Part shown: positions 47,938 to 60,499 of the stretch, one piece after another
Position numbering within the stretch: the first letter of the stretch is position 1
Layout: every line of letters begins with the position of its first letter
DNA from: Octopus sinensis
Taxonomy: Eukaryota
DNA: 64,000 bases
Direction of reading: 5' to 3'
NCBI RefSeq assembly: GCF_006345805.1
Contig: NC_043006.1
Span: 26,474,001-26,538,000 of the forward strand
Translations under genes and position numbers: made by a program
Notes under the pieces: model-generated
What the model was told of the DNA's origin: nothing
Seen by the model: only the letters and a program-made list of their open reading frames with translations
Database searches by the model: none

Positions 47938-50335
47938 CCTTGCCAGAAAAAGGGAAAGATGGCTGCTTATAAATGCCAAAACCTTCCCAAGTGAAGAATG
48001 CACCCCACAACATAGACTGGTAGTTAGTGACTTTAGGATCAGGACTAAGAGGGCGACTAGAAGACGACCAACATGGAGAAGAAGGGTCTGGAAGCTTAAA
48101 GACCCTGCGAATGGACAGAGATTTAGAGATATGTTATTTGAAGCTTTAGACGAAATGGAAGGGAGTATAGCTACGCATGGGGTAGAAGACAACTGGACGC
48201 TTCTGAGGGACAACCTGCTGAAAGCCGCTGACCAGATCTGTGGCTGGTGCAAAGTCCCCTTAAGACCCAAAATAACGTGGTGGTGGAACAATATTGTTGA
48301 CAGGGCTATTAGACAAAAGAAACAGGCTTGGAAGGCCTGGAAGAACGGTGGTAGCAGGGAAGTGTATCAGTCTGCCAGAAGGGAAGCCAGGAGACAGGTC
48401 TATCTAGCCAGAGGGGAAGCAGAGAAGGAAAAATTTGCCAATGTCCTGCGTCGTGAGGATGAAAGACTTGAGGTATTTCGTGTTGCAAGACAGTGTGTGA
48501 GAGAGAATCGTGACGTGGTAGGAGAGAAATGTGTTCGCAAGGAGGACGGTTCACTTGCACTTAATGAGGGTGCAAAGAGAGAGACTTGGAGACGCCACTA
48601 TGATAGGTTGCTGAATGAAGAAAATGAATGGGATAAAGAGAGTCTGCCGAATGTCGACCCAACAGAGGGACCAGCAATCCGAGTTAACAGTTCCTTAGTA
48701 GATAAGGCAATTAGAAGCATGAAAACAGGGAAAGCCCCAGGCCCATCAGGAATTACTGCAGAGATGCTCAAAATATCTGGTGGTGTCGGCTATAGCTTAG
48801 TCACCCGTATAGTTAACCAGGTGATACACGAGGGGGTCATACCCAATGACTGGTGTAGCAGCATAATAGTCAACTGCTACAAAGGTAAAGGCGACGCCCT
48901 AGAGACAAATAACTACAGGGGCATCAAGCTGCTGGATCAGGTAATGAAGGTTACGGAGAGGGTTGTAGCCCAACTAATTAGAGAGAGAGTTACCTTAGAT
49001 GATATGCAGTTTGGGTTCGTGCCAGGGAAAAGTACTACTGATGCTATATTCCTGGTAAGACAGCTGCAGGAGAAATACCTAGCCAAAGATAAGCCCTTGT
49101 ACCTGGCTTTTGTTGACTTGGAGAAAGCCTTTGACAGGGTCCCCCGGTCCCTTATCTGGTGGTCAATGAGGAAACTAGGGATAGAAGAATGGTTGGTGAG
49201 AGCTGTGCAAGCCATGTACAGAGACGCTGCTAGTAAGGTGAGGGTGGGCAACGAGTACAGTGAAGAATTCCGGGTAGAGGTTGGGGTCCACCAAGGTTCA
49301 GTCCTCAGTCCCCTCCTATTTATCATAGTCCTCCAGGCAATAACGGAGGAATTCAAGACAGGTTGCCCCTGGGAGCTCCTCTATGCTGATGACCTTGCTC
49401 TAATTGCTGAGTCACTATCAGAACTGGAGGAGAAGTTCCAGGTGTGGAAACAAGGATTAGAATCGAAGGGCCTTAGAATCAACCTAGCCAAAACCAAAGT
49501 TCTAATAAGTAGGAAGGTAGATCAATCACAAACGCCTTCAGGTAGATGGCCCTGCTCGATCTGTAAAAAAGGTGTAGGTAGAAACTCTATAAGATGCACC
49601 AAGTGTAAGCTATGGACACATAAGAGGTGCAGCAATGTCAAAGGAAGGCTAACTAGGAAAATAGTTTTTGTCTGTGGCAAATGCTCAGGAGCAATAAACA
49701 CTGGAAATATGCAGAGACCAACTTCTGCCACGTTCCAGGGAGACAAACTAGAAGTAGTTGATAGCTTCCGCTACCTAGGAGACCAAGTCAGTAGCGGGGG
49801 TGGGTGTGCTGAAAGTGTAACTGCTAGAGTAAGAATAGCCTGGGCAAAGTTTAGAGAGCTCTTACCCCTGCTGGTGACAAAAGGCCTCTCGCTCAGAGTA
49901 AAAGGCAGACTGTATGATGCATGTGTACGTACAGCCATGCTACATGGTAGTGAAACATGGGCCGTGACTGCTGAGGATATGCGTAAGCTCGCAAGAAATG
50001 AAGCCAGTATGCTCCGATGGATGTGTAATGTCAGTGTTCATAATCGTCAGAGTGTAAGTTCCTTGAGAGAAAAGCTGAACCTAAGAAGCGTCAGTTGTGG
50101 CGTGCAAGAGAGACGGCTGCGCTGGTATGGTCATGTGACAAGAAAGGCTGAAGATAGTTGTGTGCAAAAGTGCTACACCCTAGCAGTGGAGGGAACCTGT
50201 GGAAGAGGTAGACCCAGGAAAACCTGGGACGAGGTGGTGAAGCACGACCTTCGAACTTTAGGTCTCACTAAGGAAATGTCTAGAGACCGAGACCTATGGA
50301 AGTATGCTGTGCATGAGAAGACCCGGCAAGACTAG
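47938..50335 (+). CDS. RTE ORF: endonuclease remnant, reverse transcriptase and embedded PHD finger (about 800 open codons; first in-frame ATG at 48131)
   Basis: NYRGIKLL, DLEKAFDRV, GVHQGSVLSPLLF, LLYADDLAL, C4HC3 finger, FRYLG and RRLRWYGHV. Confidence 0.93.
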
Positions 50336-50344
50336 TCAGGCCAT

Positions 50345-51870
50345 AACCCGTGGCCCCGACCTGGGACGTAGTCAGTCCTGTGCATACCTTCCTTCTTGTG
50401 ACACTTATGAAGACCTGTTGAGGCAAGTGAAAATCAAATCAAATCAAAACAAATCAAAATAGATGAACATCAGTGGAATTGTATTCTTTGTGGTACCAGT
50501 GCCGGTGGCACACAAGAAAACCACCCAAACGTGGCCGTAACCAGTACCGCATCGACTGGCCTCCGTGCTGTGGGCACAACAAACACCATCCGATCGTGGC
50601 CGTTCGCCAGCCTCATCTGGCACCTGTGCCGGTGGCACATAAAGACACCATCCGAAGACCCGGCGACGTAGTCAGTCCACCTGTGCATACCTTCCCTCTT
50701 ATGACACTTGTGAAGACCTGTTGAGGCAAGTGTGTGACACTTGTGAAGACCTGTTGAGGCAAGTGAAAATCAAACCAAATCAAAATAGATGAATATCAAT
50801 GGAATTTGTATCTTTGTGGTTCCAGTACCGGTGGCACACAAGAAAACCATCCGAAGTGGCCGTAGCTGGTACCGCATCGACTGGCCTCCGTGCTGTGGGC
50901 ACAACAAACACCATCTGATCGTGGCCGTTCGCCAGCCTCACCTGGCACCTGTGTCGGTGGCACATAAAAACACCATCCAAAGACCCGGCGACGTAGTCAG
51001 TCCACCTGTGCATACCTTCCCTCTTACGACACTTGTGAAGACCTGTTGAGGCAGAGGCAAGTGTGTGACACTTGTGAAGACCTGTTGAGGCAAGTGTGTG
51101 ACACGCGTGACACTTGTGAAGACCTGTTGAGGCAAGTGTGTGACACGCGTGACACTTGTGAAGACCTGTTGAGGCAAGTGAAAATCAAACCAAATCAAAA
51201 TAGATGAACATCAATGGAATTTGTATCTTTGTGGTTCCAGTACCGGTGGCACACAAGAAAACCATCCGATCGTGGCCGTTCGCCAGCCACATCTGGCACC
51301 TGTGTCGGTGGCACATAAAGACACCATCCGAAGACCCGGCGACGTAGACAGTCCACCTGTGCATACCTTCCTTCTTGTGACACTTGTGAAGACCTGTTGA
51401 GGCAAGTGACACTTGTGAAGACCTGTTGAGGCAAGTGAAAATCAAATCAAATCAAATCAAATCAAAACAAATCAAAATAGATGAACATAAATGGAATTTG
51501 TATCTTTGTGGTACCAGTGCCGGTGGCACACAAGAAAATCATCCGAACGTGGCCGTAGCCAGTACCGCATAGACTGGCCTCCGTGCTTTGGGGACGTAAC
51601 AAACACCATCCGATCGTGGCCGTCCGCCAGCCTCATCTGGCACCTGTGTCGGTGGCACATAAAAACACCATCCGAGCGTGGCCGTCTGCCAGCCTCGTCT
51701 GGCACCTGCCAGCCTCATCTGGCACCTGTGTCGGTGGCACATAAAAACACCATCCGAGCGTGGCCGTCTGCCAGCCTCGTCTGGCACCTGTGTCGGTGGC
51801 ACATAAAAACACCATCCGAGCGTGGCCGTTCGCCAGCCTCGTCTGGCACCTGTGTCGGTGGCACATAAAA
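50345..51870 (+). repeat. Hierarchical tandem repeats in the RTE 3' UTR
   Basis: The marker gacgtag.cagtc occurs at 50366, 50665, 50990 and 51341. Nested units of about 33 bp and about 62 bp, plus (AAATC)n. Confidence 0.9.
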
Positions 51871-52044
51871 TCACCCACTACACTCTCGGAGTGGTTGGCG
51901 TTAGGAAGGGCATCCAGCTGTAGAAACACTGCCAGATCTGACTGGCCTGGTGCAGCCTTCGGGCTCCCCAGACCCCAGTTGAACCGTCCAACCCATGCTA
52001 GCATGGAAAACGGACGCTAAATGATGATGATGATGATGATGATG

Positions 52045-52075
<31 letters not shown>

Positions 52076-53141
52076 CAATAATAATAAGGGTAAAATTAAT
52101 TAATTAGTAATTAATAATTTTACCAAGCAGTGTTCAGTGTGTAAAGACCATTTACAGTATATTTAACATTACTTTGTATAATTAGGGTTCAGCAAAAAAA
52201 TTTACTTTACCACACACCGAACTTTTAGAAATAGCAGCCAAAGAATTTAGCTATTTCTTCTACTATAAGAAGAGTCTCCCAGACAATGTATACTCAAAAA
52301 CAATTCACGTAGGTATAGAGGGAAAAATAACAAAAGATCACTCGTACATCGATTACTTGAGAACGCCGTTTCTGGGTTAGTTAGATATAGAGATGCTAGA
52401 AATACATCCCTATATCAACATTCCTGTCATCAGCCCAAGATTTCGTTAAGTTTAAATTTGAGAGCACACACATATATATTTGTATATATATATACAAATG
52501 ACAAAGACAGATGAAAGAACAAGCTGGTGTATTAGTTTCGAGATCGGGAAGAATGGAAAAGTCTATGATGTTTTGAGCCTATGCTCTTCAACAGAAAGGA
52601 CTGAGAAGGAAAAAGAAATAGAGAGAGAAAAAGAGTGTAGGGATTGAAGGCTCACCATGATGAAATGGCTGGAAGAAAGAGGCTGAGCGAAAGGGAGATA
52701 ATAACGGTGACTGGCCAAACAAGGGTGCGCAAGTGTGTGCGTGTATGTGAGAATGGTGTGTGGTGAGTGTGTATGTGTGAATGGGGGTGAGCACATGAGT
52801 ATGTACATGTGGGCAAACTTAAAATTAGGTGGGCCTATGTGTGTGTATGTGTATAAGTAACCTAGTGCATATATTTTGTGGAGTGATGTGCATTTCATGT
52901 ACTGGTGTGATGTGTGTGTGCACATGGAAGTGTATACATGTGTGTAGGGTTATCATAATGTGTGTGTGTGTGAGGGCAAATGCATGGATCTGTGTGTGTG
53001 TGTGTATGGGAGCTTGTGTGTGTATGTGTACAGGTAGCCTAGTGTGGTGCGTGTGTTGTGTGGAGTGATATGCATTTCATGTATTTGTGTGTGTGTGCAT
53101 GCGTGCGTGTGTGTGTGTGTGCGTGTGTGTGTGTGTGTGTG

Positions 53142-53172
<31 letters not shown>

Positions 53173-53174
<2 letters not shown>

Positions 53175-55300
53175 TTACATTGTTGTCAAGGGATCCCAAG
53201 TTAACTCACAGGAGATTTGATCAAAAATTAGTGGAAAGCACAGAGTAAAAGAGCAAAATCGAAAAGCATATGTGTGAAGAAATACAATATGGGAGTGGGC
53301 TAAAGTCTAAAGTTGTTAAGAAAAAGAATAAGAATAAAGAAAAGGAGAGGGGGACGAGTGGAGGGAAAACTTTTGGTAAGATTGAGGCTGGCTAGAGGAA
53401 GGTCTTTGTGAATATAGGATGGATTCATTTACTATGTCAGCTGTAAATAAATAAATAAATAATTATATAGTCGCACTGGTATATATACATTTAAACAGAA
53501 TCAAAGAAAATAAAAGGGAAGAATCTCAGAGATAAGAATGCCCGGAGGAGAAGAGAAAGAGAAGATTTAGGAGTGGTAGTAATTTGTTAGAAGAGACGGT
53601 GAAAGAAAGGGAGGTGGGAGGTAATGTTTCTGGTCAATAGGGGAACATAGAAGTTCCAGGTAAACTGGTAGTTTATCACTTAACAGTAAAGCTATACAAG
53701 CACATATTAGCAGACATGCACATATTTTCTTTGTGTTCTTGTAGTATCTTGTAGGTGTGCACACTTGCGTAGACATCTGCATATGCTCATTTGCAGAAGG
53801 AAGATATAGGGAGTTCAAGCAGTTAAGAAAAAATATAAAATATAAAATATAGGCGCAGGAGTGGCTGTGTGGTAAATAGCTTGCTAATCAACGACATGGT
53901 TCCGGGTTCAGTCCCACTGCGTGGCATCTTGGGCAAGTGTCTTCTGCTATAGCCCCGGGTCCACCAATGCCTTGTGAGTGGATTTGGTAGACGGAAACTG
54001 AAAGAAGCCTGTCGTATATATGTATATATATGTGTGTGTGTGTGTGTTTGTGTGTCTGGGTTTGTCCCCCTAGCATTGCTTGACAACCGATGCTGGTGTG
54101 TTTACGTCCCCGTCACTTAGCGGTTCGGCAAAAAGAGACCGATAGAATAAGTACTGGGCTTACAAAGAATAAGTCCCGGGGTCGATTTGCTCAACTAAAG
54201 GTGGTACTCCAGCATGGCCGCAGTCAAATGACTGAAACAAGTAAAAGAGAGATAAAGGTAGTTAAAAAGTAGTCTGTTATAAATACATAGAAGAACATAG
54301 AAGTTAGAGAATGACAGTGGGATGGGGGTGCTATTATTTGTACATAATCGATATTTACAATTAAAAATTAGATGCTTTCATTCATTCAGACATTTGGTGG
54401 ATTGCTTAATAGAAAATACGTCGGTGATGTATAGATCACATTTGTTGCTATAACTGCTATATGGTTTGCTCCATGTAGGGATGTATTCGATTGGATTCTC
54501 GTATTCGGCACGTTGTAGGACACAGTTATTATATTCAGCGTATTACTTGAGTATTTCCTTATTGGTGGATAGCGATGAGACCCTGTAAGATACACTGTCC
54601 ACAATCGATTTTAAGACAGAGGGTGGGGTTATTGGAGGAAAAGTTAATGTAGTTAAGGTTCTCACTGGGTTTATGGTAGATGTAGAATGTGTTGTTTTGT
54701 AAATCTAGAGTGACATCTAAGAAATTAGCTGTTTTAATACTGTAAATGAAAGAGACGCTAAGGCCCAAATTAAAAAAAAATATATCTGATTCTTTTCTTA
54801 TGTTGTTCTATTTTATGGCTACTAGAGTTCTGGATGGCAAACAGAGCATTTTGCCTATATAGACCACCAGAAATGTTAGGGAATTGGTCCTGGAGACCAT
54901 GGAGCAAGATTGGTAACTTAGGCTGAGTCGCTTACCCCCATTGGGATGTTGAAATAGTTAGAGGTGTCTTTATAGGCCCAGAATTTTCCATTGAATTTTA
55001 TAATAGTTTGATGAGCTCCCGGGATAATATCAATATCATCTTGAGTAAGTTTAGAAGGTTTCTGTGCAAATATGAGGGCTTTGTTAAGTAGGATAGGGGA
55101 TTATGCTGTTCTCTCACTCCATGCTTTCCACTAATTTTTTGATCAAATCTCCTGTGAGTTAATTTGGGATTTCTTGATGACAATGTAACCTTCATTTAAC
55201 TACGGTATCTTTGGTGTAATGAATAGCTAGTGGAACACCCCTCAGTGAGTAATTACAAATTCTGAGGTTCTGCTAGCTAGGAAACATATGTAGCCTGGAT
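53173..55300 (-). mobile_element. Penelope-like element fragment with inverted terminal copies
   Basis: FLDVTLDL..YHKPSENLNYINFSSNNP on the minus strand. About 68-bp inverted repeat at 53173-53240 / 55122-55190. Confidence 0.75.
53852..54256 (+). mobile_element. Full-length tRNA-derived SINE nested in the PLE
   Basis: A/B boxes and body match the copies at 5912 and 10453. Confidence 0.9.
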
Positions 55301-55354
55301 TTTACTAGCTTCATTTCCTAAATAAGGATATATAACTATACACACACACACACA

Positions 55355-55411
<57 letters not shown>

Positions 55412-56204
55412 TGTCAGAGCCAGTGGCGTACGGTGGTTGTTGTCATAAAATGATGTAAAATGTTTGATAACCTCATTGTACAATTTTGTTACTAATCAGT
55501 TAATAATCACTGAAAATTAAATTAAAAGCGCATATTTCTGCAACTGTAAAATCATTTAAGATCAACACTAGTTAAATTTTAAATAAAATCCCTAAGCACA
55601 CAACTAAGAAAATCACAAAATTTACTGAGCAAAATATCAATGCACACCCTTTCATATGAAACCATTTTCAGTGACTAACAACAAAACAAATGATACTTCC
55701 CAAGCTTGTAGTGTTTGGTGCACTAACAGAGCCAGAATTTGACCTGACTTAAGTTTTGTTTCTGACTTCTAAAAGTGTATTATTAGTTTTGAAAACAAAT
55801 TAAGATCAAAGTTATATGATGATATTGTAAGAAAAATTTTTTTAAAAATTAGTTTTAGTTTAGGAATTTTAAATTAATTTAAACATACAACTTCTTGCTA
55901 TGAAAAAGAACATGCAACTGTGCTGTCAAAGCTGTCACACACCCTTCACCATTAATTTTTTGCCATTCTCCCATTATCCTATGATATGCTCGATACCATA
56001 TCATGATACAATGTGCTGTGAGGTGTGCAGTGTTATTTTAGGACACCCTCCACCAAATTTCAAGTAGGGGTATAACAAAAGTTTTCCATTATGATTTGTG
56101 ATTAAATTAATTCAGATCCAAGGTCAAATGGGCAGGGAACTGTCTAGAAATAGCATATCATCTCTTCTATCCAGCAGTATATTATTCATAATTACTTCAG
56201 TAAT

Positions 56205-57642
56205 TAACCTCATGGAAGATAAGAACTTTATGAAACAACTTATTCGCCATTGCTTATTGTATAAGTTTTGAAAGAATAGTACCACTACAGTAGCAATGAA
56301 AAACATTTGTGAAGTGTATCCAGACACAATGAAAGCTTGTACATGTCAGCTGTGGTTTAAAAGGTTTAAAGACGGTGATTCTGACATATCCGATGAGCCT
56401 CAGTCTGGAAGACAACCCATTCTGATTGACAATCTTTTGAATATATTGTGGTGAGAGTCATGACACTCCTTGCAAGAATAGACTTGACCGAACGACTATA
56501 AATAGTAGCAATCTGAGGGAGAAACAGAGACAGAGCAGGTGTTAATCACAGGAAGTGGTAAGGAGTTGTTTTGGTAGTTTGTTGGAATATTATTTGTTGG
56601 TTCATGTATAGTTCATGGAGAGTTCGTTGGATTGCTACATTGTTGTTACCCTGCTTCCTTATATATGTTTATTGTTACTACACGGTTATAGTGTAAACAA
56701 GTATCGTCATAAATAGTGGTGATACTACAATAATTGGAGACAAGTAACTATGTTGCAATAGAAAAAAACTATTGTACCAGATTCATGTCAAAGCACCGGA
56801 GATTTGGTGCAAAAATTTAATGTGTCATATTCAACTATCCACAAACATCTTGAGTAAATTGGGAAAACATGCAAAGAGGGAATTTGGGTTCCACATGAGC
56901 TTAAGCTTGAGAACCAAACATACCGTTCTCCCATCTACAGCAGTCTTCTAACCAGGAATAACAACTTGTCATTTCTGCAGCACATAGTTACAGGTAATAA
57001 AAAATGGGTTTTGCATCACAACAGAAAATGAAAAACACAATGGTTATCACATAATGAGAGTCCAGTGCCAACACCAAAACCAGAATTCCATCCACAAAAA
57101 TCCTTGCTCTGTGTTTGGTGGAACATAAAAAGTATCATCTGTTATGAGCTACTGGAACATTGAAAAACCATCAATGTAGATGTCTGTTGCCAGTAATTTG
57201 ATCATATAAATGAAAAATTATGTCAAAAGTGGCCAGCTTTGGTAAACAGAAAATTCTCCAGTATGACAATGCATGGCCACAGTCTTCAAAGCAAACCCAA
57301 GAAAAAATAAGATCGTTAGGATGGAGAAGTTCTTCCACATCCTCTATACTTATCTGACTTGGCACATACAGATTTCCATCTGTTCTAATCACTAGAACAT
57401 TTTATAAGAGGTAAAACATTCAGAAACAGAGAGGAAGTTGAAAACAGTCTTTCGGACTTTTTTCAGGAAAATAAATAGGTTTCTTTGAATGTGGCATAAA
57501 AAAGTTACTTTCCCATTGGGGCTGCAGACACTGAAAACAATAGTGATTACATTCTTGATTAAGACTATTCAGATAAATGTAGTTTACATTTGATTTTATA
57601 TCCTTTCTGGTAAAACGTAATTACTTTCTGAACACCCGAATA
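56205..57642 (+). mobile_element. Mariner transposon, disrupted transposase
   Basis: WFKRFKDGD..DEPQSGR, WVPHEL, IVTGNKKW, YDNAWP and LSDLAHTDFHLF. 3' TIR-like end ...ttactttctgaacacccgaata. Confidence 0.9.
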
Positions 57643-57644
57643 TA

Positions 57645-57859
57645 TTCTTTTATTCTTTTACTGGTCTCAGTCATTTTACAGTGGCCATGCTGGAGCACCA
57701 CCTTGAGGGCTTTTAGTCAAACAAATTGACAACTGGGATTTATTTTTTAAGCTGAGTATTTATTCTATTGGTCTCTTTTGCTGAACCACTAAGTTATGGG
57801 GAAGTAACACTGGTTGTCAATCAGTGATTGGAGGACAAACACGGACACAAAAACACACA

Positions 57860-57860
<1 letters not shown>
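57645..57860 (-). mobile_element. 3' half of a tRNA-derived SINE
   Basis: Reverse complement of the SINE tail (tggccatgctggagcacc). Confidence 0.75.
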
Positions 57861-58240
<380 letters not shown>

Positions 58241-58429
58241 AGGTTATTAAAAAAGAATGAACCAATTTCATTACGCAATATTTTAAGAAGGAAAAGCAAT
58301 AGAAACTCCAGTTAAGTCACAAGTATTTACTCACAATTAACTTTTATTTCCTGTCTTACAAGCGTTCAGTGTGGCCACCACCTGCGGCACGGGCAACATC
58401 AATGTGATAAGAGAATTCCTCCCAGATGC

Positions 58430-60200
58430 ATATCAGCATGTTCGGATGGTGCTTTTTACATGCCACCAGCACAGGGAATCAGTCAGGTGGCACTGGCAAT
58501 GACCCACACATAAATGGTGCTTATTGCATGCCACCTGCACAGGAGCCAGTCAGGTGGCACTGGCATCAGCCACAACTACAATTTCTATTTTGATTTGTTT
58601 GAGATTCTGATTGTGATTTTGATTTTGGTTTTTGATTTTACTTGACTCAATAGGTCTTCTTAAGCATGGCATGTTGCCCGATGATTTAAAGGTACTTGTA
58701 GTGTGATGGATGAAGAGGACAACAGAAGAAGAAGCGACGGGAGAAAGAAATACAAAAAGGGCCTTACCTCGGCGAAGATCAGAGGTCTCTTACGAATTCA
58801 ACACATCCTGTCGCTTCCTCATCTATGCATGAACTGCCCACTTCGTTGATGACCACATGTGCGTCCCGCTTGACTGCTTCCTGCCGCGCATGCACCCTGC
58901 AAGCCCTACTTCCGCCCACCTCATCTGTCATCCTCTCCACCGGCACCACAAGCTTATCACGTCCCATAACACCGACTGCCAACACCACAGTACTTCTTAA
59001 ATGGGCTGATTATGTGACACTAGTATAAGCTACAGCTGTGATCTCTCTTTACTTGCTGGGTTTTATCAATCACAGCATATCTCCAGAGGTCTCAGTCTCC
59101 TGACATTGCCTCTGTGAGGCCCAACGTTTGAAGATCATACATCACCACCTCATCCCATGTCTTCCTGGGTCTCCCTCTTCCACGGGTTCCTTCCACTGTT
59201 AGGGTATGACACTTCTTCACACAGCTCTCCTCATCCATACACAGCACATGACCATACTAGCACAGTTGTTTTTCTTGCACACCACAACTGATACTTCATA
59301 TGTCCAACATTTCTCTCAGGGTGCTTACACTCTGTCATGCATGCACACTGACATTACACATCCAGTGGATCATACAAGCTTCATTTCTTTCAAGCCTATG
59401 TATGTCCTCAACAGTCATGCCCCATGTTTCACTGCCGTGTAGTATGGCAGTATGCATACATGCATCATACAGTCTACCTTTCACTCTGAGTGAGAAGCCT
59501 TTTGTCACCAGCAGAGGGAGGAGCTCTCTGAACTTTGCCTAGGCTATTCTTATTCTAGTGGCAACACTCTCAGAGCATCCACACCCACTATAGACTTGGT
59601 CATCTAGGTAGTGGAAGCTATCAACTACTTCTAGTTTCTCCCTTTGGTATGTGATAAAATCTGTTTTCTGAGCATCTTCGGTATTTATTGCTCCTGTGCA
59701 TCTGCCACACACAAAAGCTATCATCCTGTTTAACCTTCCTTTGATGTTGTTGCACCTCTTATGCCTCCATAGTTTACACTGGGTACATCTTATGGAGTTT
59801 CTACCTACACCTTTTCTATAGATTGAGCAAGGCCATCTACCTGAAGGGGTTTGTGATTTGTTTACCGTCCTACTTACTAGGACTTTGGTTTTTGCAACAT
59901 TGACTCAAAGGCCCTTCGATTCTAAACCTTGCTTCCACACCTGACATTTCTCTCTAGTTCTGGTAGTGATTCAGCTATGAGAGCAAGGTCATCAGCTTAG
60001 AAGAGCTCCCGGGGCAGCTTGTCTTGAATTCATCTGTTACTGCCTGGAGGAGTATGATGAATAAGAGGGGACTGATCTTTGGTGGACCCCTACCCAGAAT
60101 TCTTCACTGTACTTATTTCCAAATGTTACCTTACTGACAGCATCCCTGTACAGCTCATTAACTACTTGTCTATCCCTAGTTTCTGCAGTGGACAAATGTT
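58430..60200 (-). mobile_element. Degraded RTE LINE 3' part
   Basis: FVCGRCTGAINTED..LEVVDSFHYL..RIRIA. The 3' UTR resembles 29330-29600. Confidence 0.88.
58697..58989. mobile_element. Solo LTR, same family as 38221-38539, in the opposite orientation
   Basis: TGTAGTGT...ACACCACA ends. 5-bp TSD GTACT at 58692-58696 and 58990-58994. Confidence 0.88.
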
Positions 60201-60499
60201 TGCATGAAATGAGTCTGCAGTGCAAAACGTTTTGGGGACCACTGGTGTAAGCCTTTACTTAGAAGTGACAAATGGTTCTTGCTTGAATGAACATCTTAAC
60301 TACACATTACATGTGTGTTGATTGTCACTAAATTCCTCTCACAGGAGAAGCTACCTATGATGTTCTAACCAAAGGAGAGACTTTTACCTCATCCACTTAA
60401 TACTGGAAACAAATTGCAGTGGGGGAAGAGATGTCAAAAGCTAAAAAGGTAATAAACTGAAGGTATAGCTGATTTGTGTGACAAAATTATTTCCAATTT

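Larger units (their letters stand above)
47938..52046 (+). mobile_element. Young 5'-truncated RTE LINE with an intact RT and an expanded 3' UTR
   Basis: Stop-free from the endonuclease C-terminus (ECTPQHRLVVSDF) to 50335. Ends in a (GAT)n tail. (TA)n lies on both sides. Confidence 0.95.

Noticed and set aside
50690-51440. Repeated 33-bp unit resembling a CRISPR array
   Set aside because: The units are adjacent or separated by repeated rather than unique spacers. They lie in a LINE 3' UTR in a eukaryotic locus with no cas genes.
50444-52020. Many overlapping 60-125 aa ORFs
   Set aside because: Products of stop-poor tandem repeats; no domain signal.
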